A stretch of DNA of 61,601 nt, filler included, from Chiloscyllium plagiosum (taxonomy: Eukaryota), in assembly GCF_004010195.1 (NCBI RefSeq). It is 3 parts of one record of this genome, joined end to end, with 100 filler letters (N's around TTAATTAATTAA, not from the genome) between each part and the next. Parts side by side here need not be neighbours in the genome. Positions count along the whole stretch, not along the records: positions 13,262 to 34,695 come from NC_057717.1; positions 34,796 to 61,601 come from NC_057717.1; 1 more part is not named here. The stretch is one strand, 5' to 3'. Positions 25,600 to 38,469 of the stretch are shown one piece after another. Each line of letters starts with the position of its first letter. Within the stretch, counting starts at the first letter, position 1. The notes under the pieces were generated by a model that had not been told where the DNA came from, made no database searches, and was given only the letters and a program-made list of their open reading frames with translations. The position numbers were made by a program, and so were the translations under genes.

Positions 25600-27445
25600 A
25601 ATGTGATAATAGATTCGGGTAAAGTTTAGTGGCAGTTCAGCGACAGACATTTAAGCAAACATTCCATAATGCTGAGTAATGGTTCACTCGTCAAAATGGA
25701 AGAACTTGATTGGAAGACGAACTGCATATCATTCCCACAGGCGATCAAGAAAAGTATCCAAACGTAACTAAAGAATTCAAAGTGGCGAGAATTACATCAG
25801 GGCAGATTTAGGCTGCTTTTTTTGGAATTAGAGGTAGATGGTTTTAAGTGAAAACATATTATGAAGGAAAACTGCCAAGAAACGTAGGATCAAGCAGAAA
25901 CAACTTTTCGTGTATATTAAAAATCTTTCAAGAGGAATACTTGGCACTTCGAAGAAAGCAATTCATAAGAATATGTATGGGACACTTGGAGGATATGACT
26001 TGTGAGTTGGTTAGAGAAAACAGCAGGTAATTTAATTCAGTGTTTTGCATTGATCCTCATAAAGGATGTCACGACAAGTAAAAAAAAGATAATGGAAAGA
26101 TTGTAATGAAAGGTAAGTTTTCGAACTGCCTCGAACTCAAGGAACAATGCTTCTGACCAGCAAATAAGTCGATAAGTTGATACACCAGCAGCAACCGATA
26201 CACAGTTTTAAAATAAGAGGTTACAGAGTTAATGATTAATGATTTTGTTTGCAATATTCCTCAACTTTCTGGATCCCAGGAATGGTCCACGAAACTGAAA
26301 AACCTCTTTTGTGACATTGGTCAGTGTAATGAGTTCAGGAGTTGGTACTAAATGTTACAGCTGTACAGGACATTAGTCAGGCCACTTTTGGAATACTGCA
26401 TATACTTTTCGTCTCGCTGCTATTGGGAGGATAAAGTTAAATTTGAATATTAGCTCAGGACAAGCGGAATAGGCTGCATTTTACTTTCCTTTGAGAGTCA
26501 GTTGGACCGAATAGTCTGTTTTCATGCTGTATGGCTCTCGGACTCGATAGCACCTGTCTTCAACAAAGCAAACAACAGTTAGCCTAATATTTACTTTTGG
26601 GAATCTGTTGGACAACATTATTGTGGAAAGGAGTGCAGGACATTTCTAAAAGCATCATTGAATCAGAATCAAACTGGTTTTGTGAAACAGAAGATATGTT
26701 CTGCCATGTAAAATCAAGCAAACTTTTACTGGAGTTCCCTGAGTACGGGACAAGCAGGAGTGATAAAGGAAAATTCATAACACGTGCATTTCGCCTTTCC
26801 AAGATTTTTAATAGAATATACCACGAAATAAAGGGGAGAAAGTGAGGTCTGCAGATAACACATGTTCTGCCATGTAAAATCAAGCAAACCTTTACTGGAG
26901 TTCCCTGAGTACGGGACAAGCATTTCGCTTTTCCAAGATTTTTCATAGAATATACCACGAAATAAAGGGTCTTACACAAGACTAGGAGCTCAGACGATGA
27001 CAAAAATATATTAGTATGAAATGAGTTTTGATGAAAATGCAGAAAACTGAGAATAGGGATGGATGGCACTTTATCAATTTGTAACTCCTGGAATATCAGG
27101 AATATTAGTCCCATGTCTTCAGTTACTTCAAATCTATATTGATGGCTTGAAGTCGGAGGCTATGTGCAGTGCATATCTGAGTTTATGGGTTGACACAAAG
27201 ATAGGTTTAGGAGCACGCCGCAATAAGGGTATAAGGAATATGAAAGGGAAATATTAACGTCACCGAGTGTGTGAATAATTGGGAGGTGAGCTCCTTCTAA
27301 TGAAGTGTGAGTTCATGCGCATTGGCACTGAGAAACAAAAGCACGTCGTAAAAACGTGCAGTCCTAAATATTGGGGTGCTCCTGCTTCTAAAATATAAAG
27401 TCAGTATGCTGGTGCAGCAAGTAACTCTTTTAATTCATTGGGATG
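25600..27445 (+). mobile_element. Highly decayed CR1 ORF2 with nested fragments and local duplications
   Basis: Scattered CR1 motifs (LLEFPE, PCLQLLQIYIDGL, KCEFMRIG). Confidence 0.55.
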
Positions 27446-27849
27446 AATTTACTGCCGTCCATGTGCTTGTCCATCAGTCGCTTAAATGTCTCTAACTTGT
27501 CTGACTTTGATATCGCCACTGACAGAGCATTCCTCGCACCCACCATTTTCTGCATAAAGAACCTACCTCTGACATCTTCCTATGCCATTCTCCCATCATC
27601 TTAAAACTATGAGCGGTCGTGACAGCCATTTCTGCCCTGGGCAAAGATTTCTGGCTATCTACTCTATCTTTATCTCTCATTACCTTGTGCTCCTTCTAAT
27701 GAAGTGTGAGTTCATGCGCATTGGCACTGAGAAACAAAAGCACGTCGTAAAAACGTGCAGTCCTAAATATTGGGGTGTTCCTGCTTCTAAAATATAAAGT
27801 CAATATGCTGGTGCAGCAAGTAACTCTTTGAATTCATTGGGATGATTCC

Positions 27850-30800
27850 TGGGATAGAACTTATAACAGTACAGCACAGTATAAGCCCTTTGGCCCACGC
27901 TGTTGTGCCGAGCATTTATTTTAATTTAAGATCAACCTAATCTATACAGCCCTCAATTTACTGCCGTCTATGTGCTTGTCCATCAGTCGCTTAAATGTCT
28001 CTAACTTGTCTGACTCTGATATCGCCACTGACAGAGCATTCCTCGCACCCACCATTTTCTGCATAAAGAACCTACCTCTGACATCTACCTACGCCATTCT
28101 CCCATCATCTTAAAACTATGAGCGGTCGTGACAGCCATTTCTGCCCTGGGCAAACATTTCTGGCTATCTACTCTATCTTTATCTCTCATTACCTTGTGCA
28201 TCTCGATCAAGTCATCTCTCTTCCTTCTTGTCTCCAGTGTGAAAAGCATTATCTCACTCGACCTTTCTTCGTAAAAGAAGCCTTCCAATAGAGGCAGCAT
28301 CCTGGTAAATCTCCTCTGCACCTCCCAAAAGCATTTGCATCCTTCCTATAATAAGACCACCAGAATTGGGTGCAATATTCCAAATGTGTTCTAACCAGGG
28401 TTTTGTAGAACAGCAGCAAAATATCGCGACTCATAAACTCAATCACCCTCTTAAGGAACTCCAAAACGCCAAACGCCTTCTTACCAAGCCGATCAACTTT
28501 GGTGGCAACTTTGAGGGATTTATGTGTGTGGACCGCAAACTCCTGCTGTTCCCTCACACTGCCAGGAATCCTGTCTTTCATGTTGTATTCAGCATTCAAA
28601 TTCGATCTTCCAAAAACAATTACTTCTCATTTATCCCTGTTGAACTCCATTTGCCTTTTCTCAGCCGAGTTCTGCATCCTGTTAAAGTCTTGTAGTAGCG
28701 TCCAACAACCCTCGACATTATCTACAACATCACTTACCTTTTACCATCAGCAAGCTTACCAACCCATCCTTCCGCTTCTTCATCCAAGTCGATTGTAGAA
28801 ACTACAAATATCAGAGGCCGAAGAACAGATGTCTGTGGGACACCACTGGTCAGTGAGCTGCAGGCGGAATACTTCCCATTCAGTACCACTCCCTGTCTTG
28901 TTTCAGCCTGCCATTTCTTCATCCAGATAGCCAAAATTTCATTTATTCCACACCTCCTAACTTTCTGAATAAACCTACCGCGACTAATCTTATCAATTAC
29001 CTACTGAAATACGTATGCACCACATTCACTGCTCGACCTTCGTCAACTTGTATCGGCACATCTTCAAATAAGTCAATAAGACTTGTGAGGCATGACTTGT
29101 GCCTAAGAAAGCCATGTTGACTATCTTTAATCAAATTATGTTTTTTTTTCCAAAAAGTCATAAATCCTAACTCTCAGAATCCTTTCCTGTATGTGGTTTA
29201 CCTCAGACGTAAGAATGACTGCTTTGTAATTCCCTGGGATTTCTGTATTTCCTTTCTAGACCATGAGAACACTATTTGTCTCCCCCCAAGCAGCTGATAG
29301 TACTCCTGCAGAGAGTGTGGATGCAAAGATCATTGCCACTGGCGCAGCAATCACATTCCTCCCTTCCAGGAATAAACTTGGATATATCTGCTTCTGCTTT
29401 GGGGACGTATCTATTTTGGTAATTCCCAGAATTTAATGCACATGCAATTCCTCCATATCAATCTGTTCAATCCTATTTAGTTGGTCCACGACATGGTCAC
29501 TAACAACAAAGTCCCTCTCTCCAATGAACACAGAAAAAAAAAACTCATTTAGGGCCACCCTTACCTCCTCAGATTCCAGGTACAATTGCCAGAAACCACT
29601 CTTTCTCTGATTATTCTCTTATTCCTCACGTATGTATAGAATGTTTTTAAGGTTTTCCCTTATCCTTCCCATCAATGCTTTTCCATGCTCTACTTAGCTC
29701 TCCATCGTTCATATTTGAGTTCCTTATGAGATACCCTGAAATCCTCTAACGCTGTACCTAATGCTTGCTTCTTTCAACTTAAGTCAGCTTCCTTCTTCAT
29801 TTTGACGAGAAGATTTTCTTTTCTCGTCATCCAATGCACCTTCGCCTCACTATCCTTGCCTGTCTCAGTGGCACAAAGATATCCATCACTCACAACACAT
29901 GCTCCTTCAACATCCTCTATTTTTCTGATGAGAATTTGTCTTAGAACAATTGTTCCCAATTTCTACTCCACTGTTCCATTCAAATAGAAATATAATTCCC
30001 CCTCTCCCAAATAAACACTTTCCCATGCTGTCTGTTCCTCTCCCTCTCCATGGTAATGGCAAACATAAGGGGGTCATAGTTATTATCGCTGAAGCTCTCT
30101 CCCATTGACGGATCTGACACATGGCGTGGCTCGTTGCTATGCACCAAATACAAAATGGCCTTCCCCTGGTCGGCCTATCTACCTATTGAGTCAGCAAACC
30201 CACATGGACACACCTGACAACATCAGCTCCATGCAGACCATCTGCACGAAGAAGGTTCCAATCAATTCTGTGAAGGTTGAAGTCACCCATAAAATCAGTT
30301 ACATCTGCGCCTTTCCAAGATCTGTTGTGGAATCTGTTCTTCAATCTCTCTGCTGCTATTACAGGGCCTATGCAAGACAGCCAATAAAGGGACTGCTCCT
30401 TTCCTGTTACTGATTTTCACCCATACTGACTTAGTAGACAACCGCTCCTCAACAACCTTCTTTTGTGCAGCTGTGTTGCACGCTCTAATTCCCGACGCTA
30501 CACTCCCTCCTTTTTTTATCACCATCTCTGATCGTTTTAAGAGATATCAACGCTGGAACATCCAGCAACCATCCCTTCCCCTGTGAAATCCATGTCTCCA
30601 TTATGTTCAGAACTTCGCCATTCCAAGTACCGATCCATGGCTCTGAGTTCATCACTCTTAGTCCTGAAAGTTCTTGCATTATTTAAGACACACTTTAACC
30701 CATCCTTTTGCCGAGTCAAATGTATTTCTTACGAACAGATTCTGAATCGTGTTTCTGCCTGTTGATCAATTACCTTCTCCTCTGTTCTGTACCATTGGTT

Positions 30801-31430
30801 CCATCCATCTGGCAATCTAGTTTAAATCCTCATGAAGTCGTTTGTCAAATCTATCGCCCAGGACATTGGTGCCTCTCCAGTTTAAGTGCCAACTTTCCGT
30901 CATGTACAGGTTTCTCCTTCGCCAGAAATTACCCAATGAGCTACATATCTGAAGCCTTCCCTCAGACACCAGCACTGTTGCTACCTGTTTAGTTGCACTT
31001 GCTCTCTGTTCTTCGCTTCAGTAGCACGCGGCACTGGTAGTCATCCAGCGGTTACGAATCTCGTCTTCCTACTTTTTCACTTCCAAACTAACTCCCTGAA
31101 ATCACTTATTAGATCCCCATCCCTTTTCTTGTCCTCCTTCAGAATCTTGTAGACTCATTCAGAGACATATCATACGCTGGCATCTGGTAGGCAACACACA
31201 TTCTGGGAATCCCGTTTGAAACCACAGAATGCCCTGTCCATTCCACTTCCTCTTGAGAGTCCTCCCACGAGCGGTTTTCTACTCTTTCCCCTTCCCATCT
31301 GAGCCACAGAGCCGGGATCAGTGTCAGATACCTGGCCACTGTGGTTCTCCCCGGCAAGTTGATACCCCCAGCAATATCCAAAACTGTATACTTATTATTG
31401 AGGCGATGTGTCACTGACCAGCCAGACACG
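27850..31430 (-). mobile_element. Near-full-length decayed CR1 LINE (ORF1 esterase region, APE, RT, 3' end)
   Basis: LNNKYTVLDIAGGINLPG (ORF1), LNNARTFRTKSDELRA (APE start), SGVPQTSVL, LVRTHLEYCTQFW, QRRFTRMLP. Confidence 0.88.
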
Positions 31431-33574
31431 GAGGTCACTGATCACACGAGACAATTTTTAAAGAACTACATGTACATTCCTGGCAGCTCTCCCACCCCTC
31501 ACCCCCCACCCCGGTCCTTGCTTCCACCACTCGCGCTGCTGATGCAAAAATGGAAGCTGCTGATCCCCCAAGGTAACGTTTCAAGGATTAATTTACCGAC
31601 CCAGCAGTGCTCTCAGCTCTCCCACTGATGCTGCAAAAAATGAAAGTGTTGACATTTCAAGAATGTGTAAAATGGCGAGGTAACTGCCCATTGTATTTGA
31701 AATGAATGAGAGGTGATGTTACTGAAACGTATAAGACGCAGAGGAGCTTGTAAATATAACTGTTGAGAAGGTGTTTCTCCTCCTGGGCGATCTTTTTTTT
31801 CTCGAAAGAGATACAGAACAAGAGGCATTGTATTTATAGATGAATGCACTAGTGTGGTTTTCACAGCTGCCCATGTTGAAAAGATATCTAATTCGGGTTT
31901 ATAGCTCAACGCAGTTGGGTCACCTGCCCTGCTACCCCAGACTGGATATTTACCTTGTCCAGATCTAATGGTCTGTGCGTTGCATTGCTCCTGGCGCTGG
32001 ACAGGTTTTTTGGGGTTTATAGGTTTATACAGCAGTGCTTTGTGTCATCTGTATGGTTTTTCACTCTGAGCAGATTGCCCTGTTGGAGCGAGCAGAACTT
32101 GGTCCGTGCTATACTGTGTGCTGAATAGCTATCTACTCCAGATTTATGGTATCTTAGTTGATTCTGAGAGGTGGATGGAAAATATTAAATAACTAACAAT
32201 TTTCACTGATCTGACAAAGCTTTATTTTATGTTCTCATTCTTATGACTGGACTTGACCCTCTGTCGCTCACTCCATTAATGTTGCAGTGAGACCGTGCAC
32301 AGTATATTATTTGGTGAATGCCATTGTCCTGGCAGCAACCACAGCCTCTTCATTGAGAAGTAGTCAGCCATGCCCATTGTCTTCATGTTTCCACGTAGAA
32401 AAAATGTACTGATAAAGGTGTGTACTGTGATCGATGGGGACAGTGGGAACATTAGTAAGATGAAGCAACACTTTCAGTGTCTGAACGGGTCAGAGTGAAC
32501 CCTCCTGTATGCACTGTAACACTAATTCCTGGAATCTCTCTCCATTTATCGTATTCACAGCATTTTACTCTTCATGTAAAATTGTTATCCATTGCATGTC
32601 AATTTGCAGGTTCTCTACTTCTTCTTGATAGCTTCGCCTTCTGTCTATTTTAACATAATTGACATATTTAGTTAGAACCCATTTGTTCCATTCAAATGCA
32701 TCATCTATTTTGCAAATAGTGAGGACATGGCATTTGTCACTTCAGTGTTATTTTCTGTTTAAATGAAAAAAAAACTAATTTCTGGATACTTTACCCTGTG
32801 TCCAGCTCATTATCCAATGCTCCCCGTATTACTGTCTAGCAGTTTTGAAAGGCTGAAAATTTCCTTCCATTTCGTGTCTGAAAGACATGAGAGTTTCAAA
32901 GATCTGCTCCAATTTCTGAGTAGCAGGCTCGAATGACTGACTGGCCTCATTCTGTCTCTGTACTAAAACTCGTGATAGGTTAAATAGACTGGTTCAACAG
33001 AGTTGTCGTAGTCAGTGAACAGCCCACTTCTGGCTTTCTGATGGAGGGAAGGGAATTGATTATGCAGCTGCTGGTGGCCGACAGTGTCTCATAGATGCCC
33101 AGTTTCGATTCTTTGTCCTTTAGAAGAATAATCTACTTCACAGGAGGTTATACCACATAATACAGTGTGAAGTTTGTTCGATATGAGGCTTGAGACTTTA
33201 TTTGCATCGGGATTGTTTCCTGAGTGTTCCTACAGACACGTTTAGGGACAAATACATCTATGACAAGTAGTTTATTGAGAATGTTATTTCACTCATCAGT
33301 TCCCATTTGACTGGCTGGTATGTGTTTGAGGCTTCGCCCTGCTCAAAGGTGGGCCTTTGGAGAAACCTTTGGTGATAGACATTGAAGTATCAAAACCAGA
33401 ATACATTCTGTATCCTTGCCACCATCAGTACTTCATTCTATCTGTTTCCAACATGAAGGAGAACCAAATTATCACCGAGGCGTTGTGCGGAGGGCGGCAG
33501 ATGTCCATCATCAGGTGATTTATTTGACTAATGTTGGTCTTTAATGATGAAATTTCTTGGGCTCCCGAATCAAG

Positions 33575-33703
33575 ATTAGATTAGATTCCCTGCAGTGTGG
33601 AAACAGGCCCTTCGGCCCAACAAGTCCACACTGACCCTCCAAAGAGCAACCCATTCAGGCCCATTCCCCTACGTTCATCACTGACTAATGCACCTAACAC
33701 TAC
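33575..33703 (-). mobile_element. HE1-like SINE 3' half, truncated by the CR1 insertion
   Basis: (agatt)n tail then cagtgtggaaacaggcccttcggcccaacaag; breaks at ctaacactacg. Confidence 0.85.
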
Positions 33704-33708
33704 GTGGT

Positions 33709-34189
33709 GCAGCGGTGTTTTTTCTTCTTTCACTCTCTCTTCACAGAAAGAGCGGGAGCACCAGGGGGAAGTGACGACGACCAGAGGGGCAGCCGGGAAG
33801 GAAAGCGGTGAGTATTTAGACTCACCCTTCGAAGCCGTCGGTCATTTCCAGTGCGAGCAGCAGCGAAGGTAAGACCGTTTGGTTTTAAAAGTGCTTACCG
33901 GTAGCGGGCAGCGGTGTTTTTTTTGTCTTTCACTCTCTCTTCACAGGGAGCACCAGGGGGAAGTGACGACGACCAGAGGGGCAGCCGGGAAGGAAAGCGG
34001 TGAGTATTTATACTCACCCTTCGAAGCCGTCGGTCATTTCCAGTGCGAGCAGCAGCGAAGGTAAGACCGTTTGGTTTTAAAAGTGCTTACCGGTAGCGGG
34101 CAGCAGTGTTTTTTTTTTCTCTTTCACTCTCTCTTAACAGAAAGAGCTGGAGCACCAGGGGGAAGTGACGACGACCAGAGGGGCAGCCG
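33709..34189 (+). repeat. ~195-bp tandem monomers (~2.4 copies) forming the CR1 5' UTR
   Basis: Near-identical units starting at 33709, 33908 and 34100. Confidence 0.92.
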
Positions 34190-34410
34190 AGACCCGGAAG
34201 CAGTTAGTGTAAGCTTACCTGGGTAGGTTTTTCCCCCTTTAAAAGCGCGAAGGAGAAGAACCCGAGGCACTACACGGGTAGTGCCCCCCACCCGCCCTCC
34301 TCCTCTAACCTAATAATAACACCTGTTGTGGTAAGTAGGTAAGTGCTGAATTTTGCTTGTTGTATGCTTTAGACCCAGTTTTTTTTTAAATAAAAGTTAG
34401 CTTTAGAGGG

Positions 34411-34695
34411 ATGGCAGTGAAGGCAGTGCAATGTTCCTCCTGCAACAGGTATGAGGTGAGGGATGCCATCGACGTCCCTGCCGATTACACTTGCAGGAAG
34501 TGCACCCACCTCCAGCTCCTCCAAGACCGTGTTAGGGAACTGGAGCTGGAGTTGGATGAACTTCGGATCATTCGGGAGGAAGAGGGGGTCATAGATCAGA
34601 GTTATAGGGAAGTAGTAACTCCAAAGATGGCAGATAGATGGGTGACAGTGAGGGGGACTGGGAGGAAGCAGCCAGTGCAGGGACCCCCTGCAGCC
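34411..34695 (+). CDS. CR1 ORF1 protein N-terminus (zinc finger + leucine zipper), truncated by gap
   Basis: MAVKAVQCSSC...YTCRKCTHLQLLQDRVRELELELDELRIIRE: two CxxC pairs then a heptad coil; uninterrupted up to the gap. Confidence 0.88.
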
Positions 34696-36064
34696 NNNNN
34701 NNNNNNNNNNNNNNNNNNNNNNNNNNNNNNNNNNNNNNNTTAATTAATTAANNNNNNNNNNNNNNNNNNNNNNNNNNNNNNNNNNNNNNNNNNNNTAACT
34801 GTTTGCTGATTATTCTGTTCTACTTGTCCGTGTAGAATATCGTGGGATTCTCCCTTATCTCGCCTACTTGTACTTCTTCATGTCACTCTGTTATTCAGTC
34901 CTTTCGATGTTTCTAAGATTCACTACAATCAACTCTCATGTTTTGAAACTCGAGATTACAGGCTGAGGTTCCCCATCAGACAATTTTGCCATTTAATGGA
35001 TTAATCTGGATAATACCTTTTAAAGTTCCTCTGTAGTCAATATATTCTTTCTTAGATTCGGACTCCGAACGATACACAATATTCTACGTTCAGTCTCACC
35101 AACGCTCGATGCAACTGGTGCACGACATCCTATACCTTCCAATTACATTCACATGAATGTAAACCTGATTTTTACTTTCCCATTTGCATATGTTCTTCCC
35201 AATACCTCTCGCTTTAATTTCTCTCATGAACTTGCTGTGTGAGTTCTTTAAAAAAAGCTCATGAATGTCCAACTATACATTATCCAATGGTTCATCATTG
35301 CCTATGTCCACAAGAATCATCTTCAAACCATTCCAAAAATATGTTTGCCACTTCTGGTTTTCCTTTCATCGGTACATTCTCACACTCCCCAGTTATGTTA
35401 TTACCTTCTATATATCTAGTAGCATGTTCTTTGAAATCGAGTCCAACAGATACATGACTGCGGATGACAAGATCACCACTCTTCAAATTCATCCTTTCTT
35501 AAACTGTTGGATAATATTTATAACCTTTCCCTTATCCAGATTGGCTAAATGCCTTTCGGGAATGTGTTGTAAAATAAAGTGAAAATCTGTGATGCAATCA
35601 ACATGTCTATTGTTGCTTCCTCTGAAATTCTTGTATGAAGTACATCTAGTCTGTCAGATTTATAAATACTCAATCCAGCTTTCTTTTCAAAGATAACCCC
35701 AACAATGATAAGAATGATCTTAGACTTTACTTACACAAGTCACTTGGTATTTCTGGAAGAATTTCTGGACATTCTTCCATGAAGATAGACACAAAGAAAC
35801 TGTTTCTTTTCCCTGCGATTTCTCTTTTCTCTGCAATACATTATCCTGAACACACACCAACTGTTCCACAGTTGACCTGGTTTTTATTTTTATTCATAAC
35901 ATTGATAGACGCTTTTTAGCTGTCTTTATGTTTTTCTTTCATTTACACGCTTTTTCTCTTTCTGATTTTCTTCTCAGTTTCTTGGTCATCCTTTGCTGGG
36001 TCCTACATTTCTCTGAATCTACTAGCTTACTGCAACACTTGGCATTTTTCTAAGCTGCCTCCTT

Positions 36065-36765
36065 TCATCGAATAGGTAGATGAAGGTGGGGTTGAAAGAG
36101 ATAGTCGGAGAGGAGCGTGGACCAGATTGATGGGGAGGAAGGTGGACACATAGGAACGTTCAAAAGGGCAGTGCTGATTTGGAAGTTTGGAGTAGGATAA
36201 GGTGGGATTAGGGGAAATGTGGAAATGGGGAAATCCACTCTGATCCCCTGTAGTTGGAGGGTCCCAAGGCAGATGAGGGGGCTTTCTGCTTCCAGGCTTC
36301 TGGTGGCTCGGGTTTGGCGATGGAGCAGGCCCAGGATCCTCATGTCCTTGGTAGAGTGGGAAGGGGGATTGAAGTGCTCAGCCACAAGGTGATGGATTTG
36401 TTCAATGTGGTTGTCCCAGAGGTGTTGTCTGAAATGATCCACAAGTTGACCTCCTGCTTTGACAATGTAGAGAAAATCACATTGGGTTTAATGGATACAA
36501 TAGATGAGGCGTTCTGTCTCCCTTCGTCACCTATCACTTTCAACCCCACCTTCATCTACCTATCGCAATCCCAGCTACCTCCCTTCTGCCGCACCCCCTT
36601 CCCATTTATCTCTCAGCCCCCTTGGCCCAGAAGCTTCATTCCTGATGAGGGGCTTATGCCCGAAACATCGATTTATCTGCTCTTAGTATGCTGCCTGACT
36701 GTGCTTTTCCAGCACCACACTCTTCTACTCTGATCTCCAGCGTCTGTAGTCACCACTTTCTCCTC
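36065..36765. mobile_element. Penelope-like element with internal inversion
   Basis: Minus-strand GIY-YIG tail (VAEHFNPPSHS...LICLGTLQLQG) at 36065-36515; plus-strand terminal repeat with hammerhead at 36520-36765. Confidence 0.8.
36638..36673 (+). ncRNA. Minimal hammerhead ribozyme motif
   Basis: attc-CTGATGA-g-gggc/ttat/gccc-GAAACATC-gatt. Confidence 0.6.
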
Positions 36766-37534
36766 GCACCTTTATGGCTTGCATGACTCAGATTTATAAC
36801 GGTTACTTCAAATAAAACAAAAACTGTCATATTTTCAAACAGCACAAAAGAAAACCAATACATTGTGGTCACTGTTCCCAAAAGGTCCTTTCCAGCAAAA
36901 TTTTCAATTAACTCTTTTGATTACTCAATACCAATTCCTAAATAACCTGATCTCGAACTCAGTGCTCGACATAATGTTAATGTAAACCATCTCACACGTG
37001 GTCATGAAATCCATTTTTCCCTGCATTAGCATTCAATTGGGTTAACACAGTTTAGATATAATTTAAACAGTACATTATTACTGAAGTACCCACAAATGTG
37101 TATATCTCATTTCGTGTTTTATAGCATGTCCAGCATTTGTATTGCAGCTTTCACTTTGATATATAACTCCCATCAATGTTTGCTCCTCCTTGCTGTTTCT
37201 GAGCTCCACCTGACTAGATTTTGTGGAATCTGAGCGACTTGTCTCTGGGGAGATTAATGGTAGAGATCATCTCGCCACATCATTTATGCTCTTCGCAAAC
37301 GTTAACTTCTCCAGATCTCCCGTTATGCTGATGGAGTAGAGAAGGACAATGATCTTCCAACAACGCTCTGTATTCGCCCAGAGAGCTGAGACAGCTCTAA
37401 CCTGGGTGGGAACTTTACAGCAGGCTGGTAAAGTGTTGCTGCTGCTGTACAGAGAGATCACATCTGGAGTAGTATGTACAGATTTAGCCTCTTCTATGAA
37501 GAAATGATGTTGTTGTATTGGAAGCAGCACAGAG

Positions 37535-38028
37535 ATGGGTGGTTGTAAGCTCGTCATGGAGAATATCCCTTTGGAATTTCTCACCAGTATGGTGCACCGA
37601 AAAGCAGAGATTTATATAAGATATGGCAACCCTTTTTGGATTACCGCGATACAGGCTTATTTGCCACTCTAAAAAAAGTTTTCATATAGCCATGACGATA
37701 TTGTCTAATGAATCACATATTAAGAATTATGAACGTATGAATGTGTATCAGTTAATGCTCTTGAAGAACGAGAGCTATCACTTTGTTATGCTGAGCCGTA
37801 TTATTTATTTATTATTTATTGTTTATTTTTATTTTTCTTCTGTCCGTTTAGAGACTTTAACTTATTTTTATATACATGCACATGGGAGTAATTTTGTTCA
37901 GTTATTAGAGTTGTTTTGTTATTGTTGTCTCCTGCTTTCTATTTATATCTTTCTCCTGGATAGGGTTCCTGGGGTTTGTGGTGATAATAAAAATACATTT
38001 TTCAATAAAAAATTGTTAAAAAATTAAA
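37535..38028 (+). mobile_element. L1-clade LINE 3' end
   Basis: ENIPLEFLTSMVHRK...KIWQPFLDY C-terminus, T-rich 3' UTR, aataaa and A-rich tail. Confidence 0.72.
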
Positions 38029-38059
38029 ATGCCAAGATTGATAGATTAGAGTCCCAAAT

Positions 38060-38232
38060 AACTCTCATTAGAGAGACCACTCATGGTGGTTTATGTTGAA
38101 GGTCCCCACACGGGTGATGGGGTGAGGTTGAGAGAGCATCCCCTTCATGGTAACCTCAGTCAGTGTGGGGAATTGAACCTGCGCTGGTGGCCTCCCTTTA
38201 CATCACAAACCAACCATCCAGCCAACTGAGTG
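38060..38232 (-). mobile_element. Second tRNA-derived SINE family fragment
   Basis: Reverse complement ctcagttggctgg (A box) ... ggttcaattcc (B box) followed by a non-HE1 body. Confidence 0.6.
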
Positions 38233-38469
38233 GGAGACTGTGTAACTGTTGCACACAGAATCAGTCACAGACAAAGGGCAAGAAAAATTTTCATGACAAG
38301 GAAAAAGGTATATTTGAGATAAAAATGTTCTCTGCTAGAAATTGTATTTTATAATGAGACAAGTGTTCGGAATCTGTCTTTGGCTGAATACAATAAGGTG
38401 AGACAAGTGAAATAACCAGAATGAATAATTGTGATTGGATATCAATAACCATAACAGCCAGAAACCCTA

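Larger units (their letters stand above)
34796..37540 (+). repeat. Direct segmental duplication, copy 1 (partner 46657-49380)
   Basis: Continuous colinear similarity from taactgtttg... to ...cagagatgg. Confidence 0.93.
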
